A stretch of 39,821 nt of DNA from an uncultured Candidatus Saccharibacteria bacterium (GCA_964359735.1 CAYHTZ010000008.1:1-39821), one strand, 5' to 3'; counted from the first letter of the stretch, positions 27,802 through 37,986 are shown. The notes: a model not told the origin generated them from the sequence alone. Numbers and translations are program-made.

Positions 27802-28203
27802 TCAGATTTTCCCTTGAAGTGTATTAACAACGAGATTGACAATGGCCACGGATATACCGATAACCACGAGACCAATTATAGCATAGATGAGGGCTTTTTT
27901 TGCTTTCGCGGCTTTTTGCTCATCGCCGCCGGCTGTCACATACATAAACCCAGAGACAACGATAGCGATAACGGCAATAATAGCGGCTAAGGTAAGCGCC
28001 ACTTTCAAAAACGTCAGGATGATATCCACAGGCCCGACATCCTTGATGCCAGATTTATTTCTGATTTCCTTGACGCAATTGAAGCTCGTCTTGAGACTCA
28101 GGTTAGTAATATCGAATGTGCACGTGCCGGCTTGGGCGGCAGGGGCGCCGAGCAGCACGGTGATCACACCAGTCCAAAAAAACGTTCTCAGTAAGGTACT
28201 CAT
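27802..28203 (-). CDS. VirB2/TrbC-like pilin with Cys pair in the variable region
   Basis: SGFMYVTAGGDE..KAKKALIYAIIGL. Confidence 0.85.
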   Translation of the reverse strand: MSTLLRTFFWTGVITVLLGAPAAQAGTCTFDITNLSLKTSFNCVKEIRNKSGIKDVGPVDIILTFLKVALTLAAIIAVIAIVVSGFMYVTAGGDEQKAAKAKKALIYAIIGLVVIGISVAIVNLVVNTLQGKI

Positions 28204-28209
28204 TGCTTC

Positions 28210-28605
28210 TTACCCCAATATATCAGCCACGAGGCCGACAATTAAGAACGAGAGCCCAGTGATAATCAGCCCAATAATGGCGTATAAAATGGTGTTCTTG
28301 CCTTTGAGAGCTTTATGTTCCCCTCCCGTAGCAGCCCCCGTGGTAATCTGTATCCCTCCCCAAATAATCGCGCCCACGGCGAAGACAGCCGAAAGACCGA
28401 GTAAAATCTCAATCGCTGTCACAATCACGTCGCCAAACCTCTGCGCAGCATTGCCGCCCTTCAAGCCGCTCTTCCCGATTTCCGCGGCTACATCCGGATC
28501 TTTGTTCAAGCCTAAATCAAGCTGAGCAGAGACAAAAGAAGGGATAAGACCAGCGAGCATGACTACGCTTACGGCGATGCCTACAATCTGGGGGAGATAT
28601 CTCAT
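28210..28605 (-). CDS. VirB2/TrbC-like pilin
   Basis: GGIQITT..KGKNTILYAIIGL; start reassigned to MRYLPQ. Confidence 0.8.
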   Translation of the reverse strand: MRYLPQIVGIAVSVVMLAGLIPSFVSAQLDLGLNKDPDVAAEIGKSGLKGGNAAQRFGDVIVTAIEILLGLSAVFAVGAIIWGGIQITTGAATGGEHKALKGKNTILYAIIGLIITGLSFLIVGLVADILG

Positions 28606-28615
28606 GGAACCAGCA

Positions 28616-28933
28616 TTATTTGACACCGAGAATGTTACCAACCAGCACCAGAATAGCCCGGGAGAGAATGATCACAATGAGACCGATAACGGCGTACAGG
28701 AGAATTTTTTTGGCTTTGCCAACTTTGCTCTCATCGCCGAGCGAAGTGGCATACGTGAACCCGGCAAAGACAATGGCGCCAAGGGCGAATATGGCTGCAC
28801 CGGCCAAGAATGCGTTGATCGTGCGAGCGAAAATACCACCCAGCGTCACATCCTTCCCGAGAGGGTTCGTAAAACCGGCGAGGGCCAGGCAAGGATACAA
28901 GAGCAGAAAGAGGAAGATAAGGGAGCGGGGCAT
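28616..28933 (-). CDS. VirB2/TrbC-like pilin
   Basis: FTNPL, AGFTYATSLGDE..KAKKILLYAVIGL; start reassigned to MPRSLI. Confidence 0.8.
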   Translation of the reverse strand: MPRSLIFLFLLLYPCLALAGFTNPLGKDVTLGGIFARTINAFLAGAAIFALGAIVFAGFTYATSLGDESKVGKAKKILLYAVIGLIVIILSRAILVLVGNILGVK

Positions 28934-28934
28934 A

Positions 28935-30242
28935 CTAGGGTGCGGGAGCTGCACCCGCAGGGGGGGTGGTTATAAGCTGCTCGAGCTGGTCGGCACCACT
29001 GCGCAAGGCTTCGGGGACGGTGACGCCCTCTTTGATAACACTGTTCACCATACGGTTAAAGATACCATCGGCGGCGAGGATATCAACGCGCGGCCAGGTG
29101 GCGGCAATGAGCGACTGCTGGGCAAAGGGGCCAAGGATGGGGTCGCGGGCAAACGTCTCAATCGAATCCAGGCGGGCGGGCGGAAGCACCTGCGCCTTGT
29201 TCAGAGTCTCTGAAGCCTCCTTGCTGGTGAGAAACCGGACGAGCTGCCAGGCGGTCACGGGAGCGCGCGAGGTGTTGGAAACAGCAAAGGGCCAGTATGA
29301 AGCAAAGGCACGCGGGTTTTGGGTGCCGCCGATTTGAGGGACGGGGGCAATGCTGAAGTTAAGCCGCGGTTGTTTACTGCGCACGGTGGGGATATGGTAG
29401 GAGTAATTAATCATCATGGCTGTCTCCTGCTCACTGAAAGCATCGATGGAGAAATCCTGCGTGACATCCTCCCACGTAAAAACTTTCTTCGATTTATTAG
29501 CGAAGTCAGTGTAGAACGTAAGGGCTGTTTCCCCGGCCGGTTGGGTGAAATCGATTTCACCTTCGTCATTTGTAATGGAGAGCCCGCTTTGCAACATGAG
29601 GAGCTGCACGATATCGCTGGCGCGGTTTACATTATCGGCGGTGCCGAGCGCGGCAGCCGACTGCTGCAGCTGCCCAGTGCGCGTGACGCGGGTAATGCTT
29701 TGAACAGCGGCGGAAAATTTTTCCCAGGTGGCGGGAGGTCCGGGAACGGCGTTGGCATTGAGAAGGTCGTTATTCACATAGAGGGCGAGGGTATCAACGG
29801 AGGTGGGCAGAGCATAGACAAACCCATCGCGCACGACATCTTTCCTAACCACTTCTACGAATTCATCTTGCACCGCTCTCTCGTCAATGACTTCCGGAGG
29901 AGCCGGGCTCATGAGGCCGCGCTTGCCTTCTACCCAGGTGTGGTGAATCACAAACACGTCCGGGCCGCGGCCTTGGGCGAGAGCCTCGAGTAATTCTTTT
30001 TCATAGGTAGCGACGGAGGCGCGCTTTTGGTAGTCGACTTTCACTCCCGTCTGAGCCTCAAAGGCATCCAGCAAAGGTTGGATCTGCTCGCTCTCCTGCC
30101 AAAGCCCCCATACCACGAGAGGTTGGTCCAGGGCATCGCCCGCGCCGCTGGGACGGCGGCAGCCGAAGCCGGTCAAAGCAAAGACACTGACCAGACCGAG
30201 CACAACCAAAGCGAATTTAGCGCCGCGTGAGGATGAGTCCAT
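28935..30242 (-). CDS. Extracellular solute (sugar)-binding lipoprotein, ABC SBP family 1
   Basis: Lipobox-like TGFGC, GRGPDVF, YALP..DTLALYVN.DL, P.TWE; start ATG 30242. Confidence 0.88.
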   Translation of the reverse strand: MDSSSRGAKFALVVLGLVSVFALTGFGCRRPSGAGDALDQPLVVWGLWQESEQIQPLLDAFEAQTGVKVDYQKRASVATYEKELLEALAQGRGPDVFVIHHTWVEGKRGLMSPAPPEVIDERAVQDEFVEVVRKDVVRDGFVYALPTSVDTLALYVNNDLLNANAVPGPPATWEKFSAAVQSITRVTRTGQLQQSAAALGTADNVNRASDIVQLLMLQSGLSITNDEGEIDFTQPAGETALTFYTDFANKSKKVFTWEDVTQDFSIDAFSEQETAMMINYSYHIPTVRSKQPRLNFSIAPVPQIGGTQNPRAFASYWPFAVSNTSRAPVTAWQLVRFLTSKEASETLNKAQVLPPARLDSIETFARDPILGPFAQQSLIAATWPRVDILAADGIFNRMVNSVIKEGVTVPEALRSGADQLEQLITTPPAGAAPAP

Positions 30243-30768
30243 AGTGGTAGGGGCTCGCATCAAAGGTTTCCTGGGTGACAAGACCGACGCTTTCCGCAAT
30301 TTCGCGGACAATCTCTTCCTTGGGAATACGCTTCGTCGGCGGAGGGCCGATGGGGCTTGCCACCACATCCCACTCCACCACTACCAGTTTGCCTTTGGGC
30401 TTTAAGAGACGCTTGCCTTCCGTGAGTAACTTTTTGGGGTCAGCCTGGTGAATGATATTGGCAACTAAGACGAAGTCGGCTGACTCATCTTTGAGTCCGC
30501 TGCCGCCGGGAGCTTCTAAATCCCCGCGATGGGTCTCAACAATATGGTCCAGGTGTTGCAGCCGGGCGCGGTTCTCCGCTTCCGAGAGCATGTCGGGACG
30601 GATATCCAGCCCAATGGCTTTGCCGGAGGCCCCCACCATCTTCGCCGCCGGGATCAGCCAAAACCCGGCGCCGCAGCCTAAGTGGACAAAGGTATTTTCC
30701 GCGCGAAGGCCGATCTTTCGTAAGACTTCTTCCGGTCGCAAAAATGAGGCGGAACTCCCTACTCCCAT
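30217..30768 (-). CDS. Class I SAM-dependent methyltransferase
   Basis: HLGCGAG, GLDI, RLLKPKGKLVVVEW. Confidence 0.88.
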   Translation of the reverse strand: MGVGSSASFLRPEEVLRKIGLRAENTFVHLGCGAGFWLIPAAKMVGASGKAIGLDIRPDMLSEAENRARLQHLDHIVETHRGDLEAPGGSGLKDESADFVLVANIIHQADPKKLLTEGKRLLKPKGKLVVVEWDVVASPIGPPPTKRIPKEEIVREIAESVGLVTQETFDASPYHYGLILTRR

Positions 30769-30811
30769 GCCTCCAGAATACCACAAACGCTATAGCGCTT
30801 CACGAACCCCT

Positions 30812-33271
30812 TTACGCTTCGGTCCAAGTGGTGAATGTCGATATGGTTCCCGTTTTTTCGTCCGGCTTCATGAGGCGGACACCTTGGGTGGCGCGGCCGA
30901 GACGCCGGACTTCACTGGCATGGAAGCGAATAACTTGGCCTTTCTCGGAAATAATCAGAATGTCGGTGTGATCAACGTTGTCGCTTGAGATAAGCTCGGC
31001 ATTTACCAGCGGCCCGGTTTTGCCGGTGATGCTAGCGGTTTTAATACCGGAGCCGCCGCGGCCTTGGATGCGGTACTCTTTCACGGGCGTGCGTTTGCCC
31101 AACCCTTTTTCGGCAATCACGAGAACCTCGTAGTTTAGGTTGGGCACCACGTGCATGGCGACTACGTGGTCGCCCTTTTTCAAGCGAATACCTCTCACCC
31201 CGGCAGCTACCCGGCCCATGCCGCGGACATCTTTCTCTTTAAAGCGAATGGCCTGGCCGCCCTTCGTGATAATCATAATTTCATCTTTGCCGCTGGAGGT
31301 CTCTACCCACTCCAGCGTGTCGCCTTCGTTTAGGGTGATGGCGCGCAGGCCCGTGCGGCGGATATTTTCAAACTCCCGGCGCGAGGTTTTCTTGATATGT
31401 CCCAGGCGTGTGGCCATAACCAAATACTCGCCGACGTCTTCCTTGGTGGGCAGAGCTTGCACGGCGGTAACTTTCTCATCCGGGCCGAGTTCCAGGAAGT
31501 TTTGAATCGCCTGGCCCTTGGCAGCGCGGGTGGTGGCGGGGATTTCGTACGCCTTGGTGGAGAAGACGCGGCCTTGGTTAGTAAAGAAGAGCAGCTGTTT
31601 ATGAGTAGTGGTGGCGAGAAATATATCGACGACATCCTCTTCGCGCGTTTGCATACCGCGTACCCCTTTGCCGCCTCGGCGCTGGGCCTGATAGGCAGAG
31701 GTAGCCAAGCGTTTAACCGTACCTGCCTGTGTCACAATGACGACCGTGGGGTCATCGGGCACTAAATCTTCTTCAGAGAATTCCCCTATACCGTGCGCGA
31801 TGACGCGGGTACGGCGTTCGTCGCCGTACGTGTCCACGAGAGCTTTGTACTCGTCTTTCAAAATGGCTAAAACTTTTTGGGGATCTTTCAAAATACCTTC
31901 GAGTTCCTTGATAAGCGCGCGTTTTTCTTTGAGCTCATCTTCAATCTTCTGCCGCTCCAGTCCCGCTAACGTGGAGAGGCGCATTTCCAGAATCGCAGTG
32001 GCTTGTTCCGGGGAGAGGCGGAAGCTTTTCTGCAGGTTGGTATGGGCTAGCTCCTTGGTTTTGCTCTTCTTAATAGTGGCAATGACTTCATCGATGTGAT
32101 CGAGAGCTTTCTTTAGCCCTTCCAAGATATGAGCGCGCTCGCGGGCGCGAGCGAGGTCGAATTCCGTGCGGCGCGTAACCACGTGGCGACGGTGGCTGAT
32201 GTGTTCTTCCAGAGCTTCCTTGAGCGTGAGAACTTTGGGCTGGCGGCCTGCCTCGACGAGCGCCAGCATGTTGACGTGGAATGATTTCTGAAGATCAGTA
32301 GAGGCAAAGAGCTGGTTTAAGACTTTCTTGGGGTAGGCGTCGCGCTTTAATTCAATGACAATACGGATCCCGTCTTTGTCGGATTCGTCTCTAAGATCTC
32401 GAATGCCGGCGAGTCTCCCCTCCTTGACGCCTTCGGCGATCCGGGTAATCAGCGCGGCTTTATTCACGAGGTACGGAATCTCGCGGACGATAATGCGGTG
32501 GCCGCTGCCCTCTTCTTCGATTTCAGTCACAGCGCGTGTGACAATGCTACCCTTGCCGGTGGCGTAGGTTTGTAAGATCTCCCGTTTGTTATAAATAGCG
32601 GCGCCGGTAGGAAAATCAGGGCCGGGGATGTGCTTCATCAGATCCTCAATGGAAGCTTTGGGGTGGTCAATAATATGAATGAGGGCGGCGCAGACTTCGC
32701 GCAAGTTATGAGGCGGGATATTTGTGGCCATGCCGACGGCAATACCGACGGTGCCGTTCAGGAGAAGCTGCGGGAGTTTGGCGGGTAACACGAGTGGTTC
32801 TTCGCGAGTGCCGTCGTAATTGGGGACAAACCCGACGGTTTCCTTATCTAGATCCTGCAGCATTTCATCGGCAATCTTGGTGAGTTTGGCCTCGGTGTAC
32901 CGCATGGCCGCGGGCGCATCGCCGTCAATGCTGCCCCAATTCCCTTGGCCATCGACAAGCTCGTAGCGTAAGGAAAACTCCTGGGCTAGGCGGGCGAGAG
33001 CTTCATAGAGGGCGATATCGCCGTGGGGGTGGTATTTTCCCAGTACGTCACCGACGACGTGAGCGCTTTTGCGAAACTTAGCTGTGGAACGGATACCTTG
33101 CCGCCACATGGAATAGAGGATGCGCCGAGCCACTGGTTTTAGACCGTCCCTGACATCAGGCAGGGCGCGCGCCACAATAACGCTCATAGCGTAGTCGAGG
33201 TAACTCCGCTGAATCTCTTCGGAGAGACCTTGGGAAATTACTTTGGAATCGGAAGTAGTAGAGGTAGCCAT
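30812..33271 (-). CDS. gyrA: DNA gyrase subunit A
   Basis: [27 protein letters not shown], GyrA box QRRGGKG. Confidence 0.98.
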   Translation of the reverse strand: MATSTTSDSKVISQGLSEEIQRSYLDYAMSVIVARALPDVRDGLKPVARRILYSMWRQGIRSTAKFRKSAHVVGDVLGKYHPHGDIALYEALARLAQEFSLRYELVDGQGNWGSIDGDAPAAMRYTEAKLTKIADEMLQDLDKETVGFVPNYDGTREEPLVLPAKLPQLLLNGTVGIAVGMATNIPPHNLREVCAALIHIIDHPKASIEDLMKHIPGPDFPTGAAIYNKREILQTYATGKGSIVTRAVTEIEEEGSGHRIIVREIPYLVNKAALITRIAEGVKEGRLAGIRDLRDESDKDGIRIVIELKRDAYPKKVLNQLFASTDLQKSFHVNMLALVEAGRQPKVLTLKEALEEHISHRRHVVTRRTEFDLARARERAHILEGLKKALDHIDEVIATIKKSKTKELAHTNLQKSFRLSPEQATAILEMRLSTLAGLERQKIEDELKEKRALIKELEGILKDPQKVLAILKDEYKALVDTYGDERRTRVIAHGIGEFSEEDLVPDDPTVVIVTQAGTVKRLATSAYQAQRRGGKGVRGMQTREEDVVDIFLATTTHKQLLFFTNQGRVFSTKAYEIPATTRAAKGQAIQNFLELGPDEKVTAVQALPTKEDVGEYLVMATRLGHIKKTSRREFENIRRTGLRAITLNEGDTLEWVETSSGKDEIMIITKGGQAIRFKEKDVRGMGRVAAGVRGIRLKKGDHVVAMHVVPNLNYEVLVIAEKGLGKRTPVKEYRIQGRGGSGIKTASITGKTGPLVNAELISSDNVDHTDILIISEKGQVIRFHASEVRRLGRATQGVRLMKPDEKTGTISTFTTWTEA

Positions 33272-33272
33272 A

Positions 33273-33485
33273 TTAATGGGTATCAGGAGTTAAAACGGGC
33301 GTGGGAGTGGCGGCCGTATCATCTCGGAAAGCCCGCCGGATTTGCAGGGGTAGGAAAACAGCCACCCAGACAATGCCGATCACTGCCCCAAGGATAATGG
33401 TATAGCGGATAGCCACCTGGAGGCGAACATGCTCAGGTTCGCGCCGAAGATCCTCGATTCTCTTTTGGATGCGTTGGCCAAGCAT
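33273..33485 (-). CDS. Small single-TM hypothetical protein
   Basis: 70 aa, basic N-terminus plus TM; operon-like spacing. Confidence 0.7.
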   Translation of the reverse strand: MLGQRIQKRIEDLRREPEHVRLQVAIRYTIILGAVIGIVWVAVFLPLQIRRAFRDDTAATPTPVLTPDTH

Positions 33486-33495
33486 TACGGTTTCA

Positions 33496-34125
33496 TCACG
33501 GTACTAAGACAGCTACTTGCATGTCTTCCTGAGACAAGCGGCTGGCTTTAATGAGGATTTTATTTTGAGCCTCCGACGATTTCAATCCGAAAGCCTGGCT
33601 GAACTCGGTGACACTTTCAAGTTTTTCAGTAAGGCCGGGAAGGGCATAGTAGATAGGAATAACCAGGCGAGGCTCAATGGTTGTAATCATCTTCAAGGCT
33701 TGTTTGGTGGTGAGAGACGAGCCGCCTCCAATGGGGACTAAGAGAACGTCTATGTCCGTTTTTTCAATCTCTTGGAGCTCGGTGCTGGCAAGCTCTCGAT
33801 TCAGGGAAGCCAGGTTTAGGAGTGTGACATTCTCAATTTGCCAACGGTGAATGGCGCGCTCGGAGCCATCCTCTGCCTGCCAGGGAATAGCGTTTAAGGT
33901 GAACCCGTTACCAGTGAGCTCTCCCGGGCCTGCGAAAACTAACGGTTCCCCCTGAACGGCTTCTCGGTGAGACATGTCCTTATTGCCCGGGTGGGTTAAA
34001 ACGACCACGTTTCCCTGTGCGCGAAAAGGGCGGAGCCCAACGCTGGGAGCATATGGGTCAGATACGATCGTCGTATCTTGCGTCTGAATTTTGAGGGTGT
34101 ATTGCCCGTGCCAGGATATATACAT
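33496..34125 (-). CDS. MBL-fold metallo-hydrolase-like protein (degenerate metal site)
   Basis: ISWHG, SDPY, GPGE, IDVLLVPIGG, IEPRLVIP. Confidence 0.8.
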   Translation of the reverse strand: MYISWHGQYTLKIQTQDTTIVSDPYAPSVGLRPFRAQGNVVVLTHPGNKDMSHREAVQGEPLVFAGPGELTGNGFTLNAIPWQAEDGSERAIHRWQIENVTLLNLASLNRELASTELQEIEKTDIDVLLVPIGGGSSLTTKQALKMITTIEPRLVIPIYYALPGLTEKLESVTEFSQAFGLKSSEAQNKILIKASRLSQEDMQVAVLVP

Positions 34126-34183
34126 ATTAGGTAAGGTAGCTCACTTTTTGACTCGTGTCTACGTTTGTGGCATGCTGCTGCGC

Positions 34184-35554
34184 ATGGTAACAACACAGGT
34201 GTCAGAAGACAACACAGCTCAGGGAGCAATGTCACAACTTCTCAAGGACAACGAGGCGTTAGTACATGTACCGCGCTTGGGTGAAATTATGACCGGCACA
34301 ATTTTGGAGAAGGCCAGTAACTCACTCTATGTTGACTTAGGAAACTTTGGGGTAGGGGTGGTGTACGGCAGAGAGTTATTTGACGACTTGGATTCCTTCA
34401 AGCATGCGCGGCCAGGAGACACCATTCAGGCTACGGTCCAAGAGCTGGATAACGAAGATGGATACATTGAACTTTCACTGCGATCAGCGTCTCGGGAGCG
34501 CAGCTGGGGGGAGCTCCGCCGCAAGATGGCGAATGATGAGATTTTTGAAACGGAGGTACTGGATGCCAATAAAGGAGGGCTGATTGTACGGGTGAGTGGA
34601 ATCACCGGGTTTTTGCCGGTGTCGCAGCTGGCGCCTGATCATTACCCGCGCGTAGAGGGGGGAGACCGGACAAAGATTTACGACCGTTTGAAAGAATATG
34701 TAGGTGAGAAGTTCCGGGTAAAAGTTATTAGTGCGATTCAGGATGAAGAGAAGCTGATTGTCTCAGAAAAAGCCGCCGTGGGCGAAGAAATGCGGGATGT
34801 GTTGGGCAAACTCGGCGAAGGTAAAGTGATTGATGGCGTGGTCAGCGGAGTCGTAGACTTTGGAGTCTTCGTAAAATTTGAGGTGGATGGGAAAGAGCTG
34901 GAGGGCTTAGTGCATATTTCAGAGCTGGCCTGGCAGCGGGTAGATAGCCCAGCTGACTTTGTGAAGGTAGGAGAAGAGGTGAAGGCTAAGGTAATCGGGG
35001 TAGACCAGGGCCTCCGAATTTCCTTGTCTCTTAAGCAGATGACACCCGACCCATGGCTTAAAGTAGGAGAGAAGTACAAGCTGGGAGACAAAGTGGAGGG
35101 AGAAATTTTCAAAGTGACACAGTTTGGAGGCTTCGTGAAATTAGACGAGGATATTCATGGATTGATTCACGTCTCCGAATTGCCAGAGGATTCCCAGCGG
35201 GAACCGGCGGCCGTGCTGAAGCCGGGAGAGGTGGAAGAATTCACGATCATTTCTCTCGAACCGGAAGAGCACCGTTTGGGCCTTTCACTTCGCACGAATC
35301 CGGAGCTAAAGCAGAAAATGGCAAAGAAGAAAATTGCCGTGGAGGCGGTAGTGGGTGAGACCGAGCCAGAGAAGCCAGAAGGTGCTGAAGCGGTTGTGAA
35401 AGAGCTAAAGGCCGGGGAAAACAAAATTGAAGAGAACCCCACTTCGCTAAAGCTTCGCGGGGCAAGGAAAACCGTGAAGCGTGCGACGAATCCCACTTCG
35501 CCTAAGGGGCTACGCGGGACAGGAAAATCCGAGGAGAAATCTGAAGAGAAGTAG
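34184..35554 (+). CDS. rpsA: 30S ribosomal protein S1 (4 S1 domains plus charged tail)
   Basis: NKGGL..GFLPVSQL, FGVFV..EGLVHISEL, GLIHVSEL; start taken at ATG 34184. Confidence 0.93.
   Translation: MVTTQVSEDNTAQGAMSQLLKDNEALVHVPRLGEIMTGTILEKASNSLYVDLGNFGVGVVYGRELFDDLDSFKHARPGDTIQATVQELDNEDGYIELSLRSASRERSWGELRRKMANDEIFETEVLDANKGGLIVRVSGITGFLPVSQLAPDHYPRVEGGDRTKIYDRLKEYVGEKFRVKVISAIQDEEKLIVSEKAAVGEEMRDVLGKLGEGKVIDGVVSGVVDFGVFVKFEVDGKELEGLVHISELAWQRVDSPADFVKVGEEVKAKVIGVDQGLRISLSLKQMTPDPWLKVGEKYKLGDKVEGEIFKVTQFGGFVKLDEDIHGLIHVSELPEDSQREPAAVLKPGEVEEFTIISLEPEEHRLGLSLRTNPELKQKMAKKKIAVEAVVGETEPEKPEGAEAVVKELKAGENKIEENPTSLKLRGARKTVKRATNPTSPKGLRGTGKSEEKSEEK
35437..35523. repeat. Two palindromic mini-repeats in frame in the rpsA tail
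   Basis: CCCCACTTCGCTAAAGCTTCGCGGGGCAAGG ([10 protein letters not shown]) and TCCCACTTCGCCTAAGGGGCTACGCGGGACAGG (PTSPKGLRGTG). Confidence 0.88.
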
Positions 35555-35579
35555 AGTTCTGTATCACGGAGGACCGTGT

Positions 35580-36542
35580 CTAGCTCTTTCTCGGAAAGGT
35601 TTTATCGATTTTACTTTGTAGGGTCTGATAATATTCTTTTAGGATTTTCTCCGGCTCTCCACTGTTGAAATATGGCCCATGCTTCTCAACGAGAGCTCGA
35701 TAGAGAGCGGGGCGAGAAAGGCTTGCTAGCTCTTCAGGGTTAGGTTCTATGTCCTTCAAACTCACGGTAATACCTAAACCGACATCGGAAAGATGGTAAT
35801 AGGGCCTATTTTGTGTTTCAGCTTCGATTTCTTCAAAAGTAGGCAATTGGTGTTCCTGAAGATACCTGGGAGAAACACTGATGCGAGGGCGTAGGGTTAT
35901 TTCTCTAATGTCGTGCTCACCTCGTATGGAATACTGCTCTTGTTCTACATCCACTCGGAAATTTGGATAACGAGAGCTAAGTTCTGCCTCAGTTTCGCGT
36001 ATGGCCTGCGCAAATGCGCCAAGCTCCGCCGAACTATAGTCCACCAGAAATTCGATGTACGGTTCATCGTATTCAAGGCCGTTTTGGCTAAGTTCAGTAA
36101 TAGCACCTGTTATTTCCCCCTCCGCTAACGCATGTGTTGCGGCCACATCCATTTGAAATTTTTCCTTGGTAATTGGAAAATGGCCACTGCACACGTTTGT
36201 AGTTTTTGCAATGTCTAGACGATTTATAGTTCGAGCAAGCTCTCGGACACCTTCATCAACAATCGGGTAGTACTCTGAATCATCTGGCATGTACCATGGT
36301 TTCCTCGACTCTTCGGAATCACCCTCGGCTTGTTTTCTTTGCCAATCTAATAAGGCCTGCCTGAGTGCTACGCCCTCTAGTTCGTGATTAGGGTCAGTCT
36401 CAGACCGCGGAGGCAGAATTTGCATATGTTCCTCCCATCTGACAGGACTGGCATCTCGTTGTTCAGCAGGAGGTGTGTATCCATCTGGAATCTGTGCACC
36501 GCTCTTCCAAAGGCTAGCGCCTGCTTCAGACTCTTGATTCAT
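35580..36542 (-). CDS. Hypothetical acidic protein with TYW3-like motif
   Basis: 320 aa; VDEGVRELARTINRLDIAKTTNVCSGH. Confidence 0.75.
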   Translation of the reverse strand: MNQESEAGASLWKSGAQIPDGYTPPAEQRDASPVRWEEHMQILPPRSETDPNHELEGVALRQALLDWQRKQAEGDSEESRKPWYMPDDSEYYPIVDEGVRELARTINRLDIAKTTNVCSGHFPITKEKFQMDVAATHALAEGEITGAITELSQNGLEYDEPYIEFLVDYSSAELGAFAQAIRETEAELSSRYPNFRVDVEQEQYSIRGEHDIREITLRPRISVSPRYLQEHQLPTFEEIEAETQNRPYYHLSDVGLGITVSLKDIEPNPEELASLSRPALYRALVEKHGPYFNSGEPEKILKEYYQTLQSKIDKTFPRKS

Positions 36543-36543
36543 G

Positions 36544-36615
36544 TCGGGGATGCCGGATTCGAACCGGCGATCTCACGCACCCGAAGCGTGCGCGTTACCA
36601 CTACGCTAATCCCCG
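36544..36615 (-). tRNA. tRNA-Pro(CGG)
   Basis: CGGGGAT/ATCCCCG acceptor, loop TTCGGGT, GTTCGAATCC. Confidence 0.95.
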
Positions 36616-36616
36616 G

Positions 36617-36687
36617 TGGACTTAAGGGGAATCGAACCCCTGTCTCAGCAATGCGAATGCCGCGCACTACCACTGTGCTATAAGCCC
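36617..36687 (-). tRNA. tRNA-Ala(CGC)
   Basis: GGGCTTA/TAAGTCC acceptor with G3:U70, loop TTCGCAT. Confidence 0.95.
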
Positions 36688-36696
36688 GCGCCCTTG

Positions 36697-36767
36697 TGGA
36701 CCTATGGGGAGTCGAACCCCAGACTGATCCATGCCATGGATCCGTAATACCGTTTTACTATAGGCCC
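36697..36767 (-). tRNA. tRNA-Ala(GGC)
   Basis: GGGCCTA/TAGGTCC acceptor with G3:U70, loop ATGGCAT. Confidence 0.95.
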
Positions 36768-36798
36768 ATTTGGTAAACACTATGATACGATAGACCAC

Positions 36799-37986
36799 AT
36801 GCGAGTGCAATTTTCAAGCATTTTTCCCTACCTCTTCTTTGTTAGCCTGGCTTTGCTTCCCCTTTCCCGTCCACCATTTCACTTTTTTGAAGTCCTTTTG
36901 GCCGCTGTTCTCGCGATCTTTTTTGTGAACGCTTCCTACTGGCGAAGGGTGCGCGAGGTACATCTGATGCTTGGAGTTTCACTGTTCGTTATGGGAATAA
37001 CTGTACTGGCCGCTGCTGCCGCTGATCCTCAGGGGAATTGGTTATATGTAGCACGTTTTGGTTTAGCCATCTTTTCTCTCCCAGCTGCAGTATTTTTGTT
37101 ACGGAAGCAAGGTAAGACGTTCTTTGCGCTCGTTTTTATCAGCATACTATTGCTTCATGCGCAATGGGGGGTTCTCCAGTTCATCTGGCAGCAAAGTTTA
37201 GGGTTGTCATCTATAGGTGAAAGTGTGCTCTCTCCGCTTACGCCGGTAGTGGCAAAGTTTTCCTTCGATAGTTCTCCAATTATGCGTGCGTACGGGCCCT
37301 ACCTGCACGCGAACACTTTTGGGGGTATGGCCTTGATGGGCTTGGTATGCTTAGGCTGGCTTTGGTATAGAAAGAATCTTTCTCCTCAGCATATATTTTC
37401 TCTGGCTAGCTGGCTTACCTTGGCGCTAGCGGTCATAACTTCGTTTTCAAGGGCGGTGTACGTTGGGGCAATCGTCCTTCCTCTCCTGCTGGTGTTCCTC
37501 TTTCGTGTGCGCATTGCCCATGTTTCACTCATCAGTTTCATAATTATTCTATTGTTTCTTCCGCTGCTGCAGGCACGGTTTTCGGACACCCAAGATCGCG
37601 CCACACCCGAACGAGCCCGTGGATACAGCTGGTGGCAGGAAATCCTTACTCAGTATCCCGTTTGGAGAGGGGCTGGCCCCGGGCAATACCCATTGGCTCT
37701 TGAGAATCATTTAAACCAAGAGCAAGTACGGTATGAAGCGTGGGAGATTGCCCCTGTTCACTCTGTTCCACTGCTCCTGGCGGCGGAATGGGGTATGATC
37801 GGAGGGGGATTTTTACTGGGGTATGCTCTTTTCTGTCTTCTCCGGAGAGACTGGCAAAATATAGCTTTCTGGCTGCTGCCTATCCTACCTGCTCTTCTCC
37901 TCGACCACTACTTTCTTACCCAAAACGCTCCTCTGGTATTCCTTATGGTGCTGGGACTGTTACACTTTCAACCGGCGAAGTCGTAG
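36799..37986 (+). CDS. O-antigen ligase/Wzy_C family membrane protein
   Basis: RAYGPYLHAN, SFSRA, RGAGPGQY, PVHSVPLLLAAEWG. Confidence 0.85.
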   Translation: MRVQFSSIFPYLFFVSLALLPLSRPPFHFFEVLLAAVLAIFFVNASYWRRVREVHLMLGVSLFVMGITVLAAAAADPQGNWLYVARFGLAIFSLPAAVFLLRKQGKTFFALVFISILLLHAQWGVLQFIWQQSLGLSSIGESVLSPLTPVVAKFSFDSSPIMRAYGPYLHANTFGGMALMGLVCLGWLWYRKNLSPQHIFSLASWLTLALAVITSFSRAVYVGAIVLPLLLVFLFRVRIAHVSLISFIIILLFLPLLQARFSDTQDRATPERARGYSWWQEILTQYPVWRGAGPGQYPLALENHLNQEQVRYEAWEIAPVHSVPLLLAAEWGMIGGGFLLGYALFCLLRRDWQNIAFWLLPILPALLLDHYFLTQNAPLVFLMVLGLLHFQPAKS

